This document shows, piece after piece, positions 57,627 to 64,000 of a DNA stretch of 64,000 nucleotides; the stretch's first letter is position 1, and every line of letters starts with the position of its first letter. The position numbers and the translations under genes were made by a program. The stretch lies in the IMG/VR virus record IMGVR_UViG_3300015214_000029, positions 21,756 through 85,755 of that record; one strand, given 5' to 3'. This DNA is from a virus (Duplodnaviria > Caudoviricetes). The notes below the pieces were generated by a model. The model was not told the DNA's origin. It searched no databases and was given only the letters and a program-made list of their open reading frames with translations.

Positions 57627-58865
57627 ATGGCTGATGGCTTCTTTGTACCCCAGCAGGCGATTGATATTTTCGAGGCTGGCGGCTCTACTACAGACGTGGT
57701 CGAGGCGCGTATCTTAAATGACCGGGGAGACCCGGTCGCTCCGCGTAGCGCCCGCCGCTGGCGGCGCTACTGGCTGGACGGCGTAGCCAACCCCAACGCC
57801 GGGGTGTCCGGGCAGGAGACGGAGATCACGGACGAGGAAGTCGCTGCCGTCTTCCGGCTGATCAAGAACAAGTCCCTGTCCCTGGACGAGATCTCGGACG
57901 CACTGGATCGCAGCCCCAGCACCGTGCAGCGCATTGTGTCCCGCATGGAGCAAGAGGGCTACAATGTCCGCATCGTGCATCGCCGGGTGGAAGCCTCGAC
58001 CGAGGCGAGCCTGCGCACCCCCGAGCCACCCAAAATACTGTTCGACGCCCACCACATCCGCTTCGGCATCTACTCGGATCTCCACAAGGGGAGCCGCGAA
58101 GAGCAGATCGGGGCCTTCCGCCACTGGATGCAGTACGCGCGGGATGAGGGGATCGAGGTCTTCTTTGGGCTGGGGGACTACACGGCTGGGCGTAATGTCT
58201 ACCGGGGGCAGGATCTCGACCTGTATCTATTCACGGCTGACGAACAGCTTGAGGCGCTGCGCCAGGATCTCCAGCCGCAGCCGCACGAGACTCACATTCT
58301 GCTCGGAGGCAACCATGACTTTGCCCACCTACGCAATGGCTCCACAGATGTGGTGGCCCGCTTCTGTGCAGACTATCCCAACGTCCACTTTGTGGGCTAC
58401 GATATGGCAGACATCCCCCTGACATCCGATACCGGTATCCGGTTGTGGCATCCCTCGGGGGGCAAGCCCTACGCAACCTCTTACCGGTTGCAGAAGGGCA
58501 TGGAGGCGATGGCCTATGAGCAGTTACTCAACCTCTCCCGGGAAGCGAGGGAGGATAATCCCATCATCAAGGTTATTGCAGCGGGCCACATTCATGTGGA
58601 CGCTAAGGTACATGAGGGCGCAGTGCTGGGTCTACAGTGTGCCTGTTTCGAAGGACAGACGAACTACCTGAAGCGCAAGAGCTTGTACCCGCAGATTGGC
58701 GGCTATATCGTAGACCTGTGGATTGATGATCGTGGTAACATTGCCCGGGAGCGGGTAGAATTTAGTAAGTACCAGCCGGTGGATGAGGATTATCGGAACT
58801 ACGCTGAACGTATGGAACAACTGTACCCACCGGCCCGGTTGGAGCCGGTGTTTACTTTAGCATAG
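57627..58865 (+). CDS. Calcineurin-like metallophosphoesterase with N-terminal HTH
   Basis: SDLH, GDY, GNHD, LWH, GHIH motifs; LDEISDALDRSPSTV HTH. Confidence 0.85.
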   Translation: MADGFFVPQQAIDIFEAGGSTTDVVEARILNDRGDPVAPRSARRWRRYWLDGVANPNAGVSGQETEITDEEVAAVFRLIKNKSLSLDEISDALDRSPSTVQRIVSRMEQEGYNVRIVHRRVEASTEASLRTPEPPKILFDAHHIRFGIYSDLHKGSREEQIGAFRHWMQYARDEGIEVFFGLGDYTAGRNVYRGQDLDLYLFTADEQLEALRQDLQPQPHETHILLGGNHDFAHLRNGSTDVVARFCADYPNVHFVGYDMADIPLTSDTGIRLWHPSGGKPYATSYRLQKGMEAMAYEQLLNLSREAREDNPIIKVIAAGHIHVDAKVHEGAVLGLQCACFEGQTNYLKRKSLYPQIGGYIVDLWIDDRGNIARERVEFSKYQPVDEDYRNYAERMEQLYPPARLEPVFTLA

Positions 58866-58874
58866 GAGTCGAAT

Positions 58875-59090
58875 ATGAGGAAAGGGCTGTTTGCCAAGAT
58901 CGAGCGAGACCGGTTCTGGAACGTAACCCGGGAGATCCAGGAGTCGGATGTCATGGACACCGGGCACGGGGGCAGGGTGGTGATGTACTATGAACCGGAG
59001 ACCTGTCCCTGGGTTGAAGTGCAGGTTGATGACGAGGAATGGCAGTGGCAGCGTCTCCCGCTGGCGCTGATCTACATGAATGATAACTAA
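58875..59090 (+). CDS. Hypothetical protein
   Basis: AGGAGTC RBS. Confidence 0.55.
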   Translation: MRKGLFAKIERDRFWNVTREIQESDVMDTGHGGRVVMYYEPETCPWVEVQVDDEEWQWQRLPLALIYMNDN

Positions 59091-59117
59091 CCGACCTGCC
59101 AGGTGCAGTGTCGGCTC

Positions 59118-59145
59118 AAAAGGCCCGGAGCAATCCGGGCCTTTT
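59118..59145. terminator. Bidirectional intrinsic terminator
   Basis: AAAAGGCCCGGA-GCAA-TCCGGGCCTTTT. Confidence 0.8.
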
Positions 59146-59215
59146 AATTTCCCATTTTAGAGAATCGCCCCGAGACCGTATACTTTTAACAGAAACTAAA
59201 GTAGGGAGAATCCGC

Positions 59216-59986
59216 ATGAGCGTCACTGAGGAACGATTCCGCCAGGGGACCGGCGAGAGGTACCTTAAAAACGGAAAGGTGCGCTGTCAGGCAGTGGCGA
59301 AGGGCAAGCTGCGCAAGCTGCGCGAGGAAACGGGCAACAAGGATCTCACGTCCGAGGAAGCCTGGCCCGCCGCGCAGTGCGAGTGGCCCGCCGAGGAAGG
59401 GGCGTTCGCCTGTGAGCTTCACGGGGGCGCGAGCACGACTCTCCAGCCTAAGTCCCTGCTGGACTTCATGCCGATGGACCTGCGGGAGATGGCCCGGGAG
59501 TTCGAACAGAGCCCGGACATTACCACCAACCAGAGGGACACCATCATTGCCCTCATCGTGCGCAATTCTCAACTTTTTGAAGAACTGTATGATGCACTGA
59601 GTACCAAGTCCGTCAAGCAGATCCACAAGTACCTGGATCTGATCGAGAGCGGCGACATCGTTGTGGGGACCCGGGGTATCCGGGAGATCTTGAAGGCAGC
59701 TTACGACGAGCGGGAAACCTGGAACGAGTTTCGGGAGAACAGCAAGACGATTGGCAAGCTCATCGAGACCCAACTCAAGGTCTTTGACAAGATGCAGCAG
59801 ATCGCTACAGTGGACCAGGTGCTCGCCCTGCTGGAACGGCTTAACGACATCATGCAGTCGGTGGTGACCCGGTATATTACAGATCCCGACCTGCGCAACA
59901 CGATCATGCTGGAGTTCTCGCGCCAGGCGCGGGACAAGGTCGGCATGGCTGGACCTGGGGTGGATGTGTCCCGGCTAAATGGCTAA
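59216..59986 (+). CDS. Putative terminase small subunit
   Basis: RCQA...C..HGGAS motif; directly upstream of the large subunit. Confidence 0.65.
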   Translation: MSVTEERFRQGTGERYLKNGKVRCQAVAKGKLRKLREETGNKDLTSEEAWPAAQCEWPAEEGAFACELHGGASTTLQPKSLLDFMPMDLREMAREFEQSPDITTNQRDTIIALIVRNSQLFEELYDALSTKSVKQIHKYLDLIESGDIVVGTRGIREILKAAYDERETWNEFRENSKTIGKLIETQLKVFDKMQQIATVDQVLALLERLNDIMQSVVTRYITDPDLRNTIMLEFSRQARDKVGMAGPGVDVSRLNG

Positions 59987-61781
59987 TTCGGATTACGATC
60001 TCGAAGGTTTCTTACGCGCAGCCAACGAGCACAAGAGTGTCTACCAGCAGGCACTAGACCGGATGGCGGAGCGGTTTGAGAAGGTGGTGAACCCGCCTGA
60101 ACCCATCCCGCCATCCCAGTGGTTGCAGACTTACTTCTATGTGCCGCGCCCGCGTAACCCTAAGACCGGCGACGTGCTGCCGCCTGGTCCTATTGTGCTG
60201 GAAGATCACCAGGCAGCAATCATAGACGAGGCGCTGAGCCGGGACGAGGGGGGCCGCTTCCGTTATGTAACCATCCTCTACTCTGCGCCCAAGAAGTCGG
60301 GCAAGTCGGCGCTGTCGGCGGGCGTTGCCAAGTACATGGGGCATACCAACGATTACGGCAGTATCTACTGCCTGGCAAACGATGGTAAGCAGTCGGATGA
60401 CCGGCTCTATCAGCCCATCGTCAAGAGCTACAGCCTGCATCGGCGTCTGAACGGACCCTTTGCCGGGGTGCGGCCTAAGTTGGTCGAGGTGACAATCCCG
60501 GATACCCACTCTAAGATCGAAGCCGTACCCTGCGACGCGGCGGGCGAGGCGGGTTCCGAGCCGCTGGCGACGTTCTGGTCTGAAGTCTGGGGATATGACA
60601 GTGAAGCCAAGCGGCGGTTGTTCACCGAGATGACGGTGCCGCCAACTCTGTATGGATATGCGATCCGCTGGATCGAGAGCTATGCAGGGTTCATCGGGCA
60701 GTCCGACCTGCTCTGGGAGTTGTATGAGACCGGGGTTAAACAGGGGACGCCCCATCCGGGGTTCAAGCATCTGGTGGGCATTGACGGCGAGCCGGTGGTC
60801 TACGTGAACGAGGCGGCGCGGATGTTCGTTTACTGGGATACCAAGCCGCGCATGGCCTGGCAGACCGACGACTACTACGAGGCAGAGGCCAGGATCTTGC
60901 TGCCCTCTGAGTTCCAGCGCATTCACCGGAACCAGTGGCAGGCCCCCTCGGGTAGCTTTGTGGAACCCGAGATGTGGGATCGCTGCGCGGACCCGCACCT
61001 GCCGCCCCTGGTGGACAAGCGGGTGCCTTGCGTGATCGCCATTGACGCGGCAGTCTCGAAGGATTGTGCAGCGATCCTGCTGCTGACCCGTGACCCGAAC
61101 TACCCCGAGACGGATGTTGCCATTCGCAAGGCCCGGATCTTCCGACCGTCTGAGGGGCGCAAGCTGAACCTGGAAAATACGATTGGGCGCACCCTGCGCA
61201 ACTGGCTGGGCGAGCACAACGTGGTCTGTGTGGTCTACGATGAGTTCCAGATGGCGCATCTCATCCAGAACTACTCGCGGGGCAAGGTCATCATCGACGG
61301 TGAGGAACTGCGGGACATCCCCGAAGATAAGCGGGATGCCTACATTATGGAACAGCAGCGGGTGGTACAGGTCTGGTACGAGGCCTTTGGGCAGCAGAAC
61401 CCCCGGGCTATCGCGGACAAGCAGTTGCATGACCTGATCACCAACCGCCAGGTCCACTACAACCCGCACGACTTGAACGAGGACATCGGGGCCCGGGGGG
61501 ACCAGGAGACGGTTACCAAGCACATCAAGCAGGCGGGGACACACATCCAGGGTGACAACAAGCTACGCCTGGCGAAGCTCTCGCCCTCGGCTCACATCGA
61601 CGGCGCGGTGGCCCTGGCGATGGGCGCTCACCAGGTGCTCAAGCTGAACATGGACAATGAAGAATTTGACGTGGACAATGCTGCCCAGCAGTTGGCTCGG
61701 GGCGACATTACCTTTGAAGATTTCCAGACGATTATGAGTCAGCGCCGGGCGCGATTGGTGAGGGATACCAACGATGACTAA
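59979..61781 (+). CDS. terL: Terminase large subunit
   Basis: APKKSGKS Walker A, WSEVW Walker B variant, AIDAAVSKD and HIDGAVAL nuclease motifs. Confidence 0.92.
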   Translation: MANSDYDLEGFLRAANEHKSVYQQALDRMAERFEKVVNPPEPIPPSQWLQTYFYVPRPRNPKTGDVLPPGPIVLEDHQAAIIDEALSRDEGGRFRYVTILYSAPKKSGKSALSAGVAKYMGHTNDYGSIYCLANDGKQSDDRLYQPIVKSYSLHRRLNGPFAGVRPKLVEVTIPDTHSKIEAVPCDAAGEAGSEPLATFWSEVWGYDSEAKRRLFTEMTVPPTLYGYAIRWIESYAGFIGQSDLLWELYETGVKQGTPHPGFKHLVGIDGEPVVYVNEAARMFVYWDTKPRMAWQTDDYYEAEARILLPSEFQRIHRNQWQAPSGSFVEPEMWDRCADPHLPPLVDKRVPCVIAIDAAVSKDCAAILLLTRDPNYPETDVAIRKARIFRPSEGRKLNLENTIGRTLRNWLGEHNVVCVVYDEFQMAHLIQNYSRGKVIIDGEELRDIPEDKRDAYIMEQQRVVQVWYEAFGQQNPRAIADKQLHDLITNRQVHYNPHDLNEDIGARGDQETVTKHIKQAGTHIQGDNKLRLAKLSPSAHIDGAVALAMGAHQVLKLNMDNEEFDVDNAAQQLARGDITFEDFQTIMSQRRARLVRDTNDD

Positions 61782-63315
61782 TTATGAACAGTTGAAGCTG
61801 TTTGATCCGGCAGTGTCCGGGGGCTCGGTAATGGATACCCCCAAAGCGGACGAGGTGGGCGGCATCCACCCGCTGGTCCTGTCGCTGGCGGTGATGGCGG
61901 ACGAGATCCCGGCCTGGGGTAATGTAGTCTCCCGGGACAAGGCGCTGCGCGACTTCTGGCCTACTGAGCCAACCCTCGCCTCGGCTATCTACAATATCGC
62001 CACGCGCATGGCGCTCATGGAGTGGCACATTGAGGGCTCCGACCCGACCAAGCCTAAGCCCCGCAACACGGCGCGGGCAGCAGAGATCATGCTGCGCAAC
62101 GCGGACCGGGGCAATGGCTGGGAAGTCTTCATGCTCAAGTTGGTAACCGACCTGATGACCCAGGACAACGGGGGGTTCATCGAGGTCATTCGGCGCGGGC
62201 CGAAGCCCACAGATCCGGTGGTGAACATCGCTCACCTGGACTCGGCCCGCTGCCAGCGGACCGGCGATCCGCAGTACCCGGTGGTTTACACCGACCGGCA
62301 GGGGCGTAAGCACAAGATGGGCTGGTGGCAGGTGCTCACCATTGAGGACATGCCCTCGCCCATTGAGACGATGTATGGGGTGCAGTACAGCGCCCTGACC
62401 CGTGCCCTGCGTGCCGCGCAGATCATCCGGGACATCACGATCTATAAGAAGGAGAAGGTCTCGGGCAACTTTGCCCGGGCCGTTCACCTGGTATCGGGCC
62501 TGACCAAGCAGAACCTTGAGGATGCCCTGGCCCTGGCGAGGGAGAGCCAGATGAACCAGCATCTCTTCCGCTACCAGAACCCGGCGATCATCCCGACCAT
62601 TGATCCGGACGCTAACCTGAAGGTTGAGACCATCGAACTGGCCTCACTGCCCGACCACTTCAACGAGGATACGACTTTCAAGTGGTACATCTCGCAGCTT
62701 GCCCTGGCGTTCGGTGTAGACTACCAGGAGTTTGCTCCCCTGCCGGGGGGTCAGTTGGGCTCCAGCGGGCAGGCGGAGATCCTGCATCTCAAGTCGCGGG
62801 GCAAGGGTCCTGCGGCGCTCATCAACCGTATCGAGTTCCTGATCAACTACAGCGGGATCCTGCCCAACTCGGTCAAGTTTGGCTTCCGGGAGATGGACAC
62901 TCGCGCCAACACTGCAATGGCAGAGGCTCGCTACCTGCGGGGTAGGGACCGGGCGCTGCGTATTGACAGTGGGGAACTCAGTCAGGAAGCGGCAATTCAG
63001 CAGGCAGTCCTGGATGGTGACCTGCCGGAGCACCTGGCGGAAGAGTTGCTGAGTAACCCGCCCGAGCGCCAGCGTCAGCCAGATCCTCTCGGGGCGGGGC
63101 AGATTACGGGTGGGCAGGATACTCAGCAGCAGCCGGACTCCGCACCAACGGACTCGGGGGCAACCGAGGACAAGGAAGTGACCGACAAGAAGCGGGTTGC
63201 CCTCATCCGGCGTCTGGGTAAGAACGGGGATCTGATCCTGCCTGACGAATCGCTGATGGGGGAGATCACCCCCGAGGATATTGCGGCGGAGAAAAAGTAC
63301 CTGGGGGTGCTGTAA
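61774..63315 (+). CDS. Portal protein
   Basis: 513 aa after terminase; NGGFIEVIR, YGVQYS, QLALAFGV motifs. Confidence 0.88.
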   Translation: MTNYEQLKLFDPAVSGGSVMDTPKADEVGGIHPLVLSLAVMADEIPAWGNVVSRDKALRDFWPTEPTLASAIYNIATRMALMEWHIEGSDPTKPKPRNTARAAEIMLRNADRGNGWEVFMLKLVTDLMTQDNGGFIEVIRRGPKPTDPVVNIAHLDSARCQRTGDPQYPVVYTDRQGRKHKMGWWQVLTIEDMPSPIETMYGVQYSALTRALRAAQIIRDITIYKKEKVSGNFARAVHLVSGLTKQNLEDALALARESQMNQHLFRYQNPAIIPTIDPDANLKVETIELASLPDHFNEDTTFKWYISQLALAFGVDYQEFAPLPGGQLGSSGQAEILHLKSRGKGPAALINRIEFLINYSGILPNSVKFGFREMDTRANTAMAEARYLRGRDRALRIDSGELSQEAAIQQAVLDGDLPEHLAEELLSNPPERQRQPDPLGAGQITGGQDTQQQPDSAPTDSGATEDKEVTDKKRVALIRRLGKNGDLILPDESLMGEITPEDIAAEKKYLGVL

Positions 63316-63890
63316 TGCCGAGGCGGGAGTTTCGCCAGGTGGATGAGGATCTAGAGGAAGCCTACGAGGAAACGCTCGAAGCCTACATGGAAGAGATGCA
63401 GGCGCTCGGGCAGCAGGCAGGCGAGGGGGAGATCGACCCGGATACCTTTGAAGAGCGGATGCGGGATCTGCTCAAAGCCTACTTTATCGGCCTGGCACTG
63501 CTGGCAACGGATGGCTTGTTCGATGTGGAGAACGAAGATGACCTAGAAGATCTCAACCTGTTCCTGGCACAGCGGTATGAGCTTCTTGGCGAGTTCAAGA
63601 AAGACATCGCCTCGGGCGGGTTCAGTACCGACTACATTCGCTGGCGGGCGGGGCTGTATGCCGGAGCCCGGCATGTCTTCATCCGCTTCATGGTCCCCCG
63701 GGATGTATTCTTTGATATGCCCTACCTACCCGGAGTGGACTGTCTGGGGGATGGATTCTGCCAGTGCACGCTCAACGTGATTGACGAGGGGGATCATTAC
63801 CTGGTGGAGTGGCTGCTGGGGCCGACCGAGCACTGCGTGGTCTGTCTGGATGCAGAATCGGCGTCGCCCTATACCTTCCCGAAGGAATGA
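63315..63890 (+). CDS. Head morphogenesis (Mu gpF-like) protein
   Basis: After portal; WLLGPTEHCVVC and C.C motif. Confidence 0.6.
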   Translation: MPRREFRQVDEDLEEAYEETLEAYMEEMQALGQQAGEGEIDPDTFEERMRDLLKAYFIGLALLATDGLFDVENEDDLEDLNLFLAQRYELLGEFKKDIASGGFSTDYIRWRAGLYAGARHVFIRFMVPRDVFFDMPYLPGVDCLGDGFCQCTLNVIDEGDHYLVEWLLGPTEHCVVCLDAESASPYTFPKE

Positions 63891-64000
63891 TTTTAACCTG
63901 ACTCAAGCCCTGTGTATACTGTTAGCGAGGCTGTGAGATGCCGCCAGTTTACCTGCGCATAGAACCTATCCGGCTCAAGCCTGCCCAGCGGTTGGATAAC

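Noticed and set aside
60054-61544. Long antisense ORFs opposite terminase, UvrD, polymerase and tail genes
   Set aside because: Expected shadow ORFs in high-GC coding DNA; no motifs or RBS

Overview
The window is a roughly 60% GC tailed (siphovirus-like) bacteriophage genome segment. The host is probably Chloroflexota, inferred only from Pro/Thr-rich PTxTP linkers in several exported proteins. Layout: tail module on + (1-8.3 kb); a long minus-strand block of accessory, DNA-modification and replication genes (8.4-36.3 kb) containing MazG-like, three DNA methyltransferases, tRNA-Trp, a tyrosine recombinase, a RelE-like protein, family A DNA polymerase, helicases and primase; an early region of small genes separated by repeated hairpins (37.6-48.4 kb, minus strand); an AT-rich, tandem-repeat strand-switch region (48.5-49.3 kb); then + strand genes including four Y-RNA-like genes upstream of Ro60/Rsr, holin, phosphoesterase, terminase, portal and a gpF-like protein. 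Main signals: (1) an ~85-nt tmRNA reduced to its tRNA-like domain; (2) an IS200/IS605 element that has lost tnpB, keeps both ends and the omega-RNA region, and carries a C5 DNA methyltransferase, alongside two intact tnpB elements, all three inserted exactly at start codons; (3) a four-gene Y RNA array with anticodon-like loops; (4) about 11 covarying hairpins, most sitting between early genes; (5) 26 YGTCAR motifs clustered at the 3' end of a membrane-anchored HTH gene. All calls come from reading the sequence and the ORF track by eye; no database search or folding program was run.
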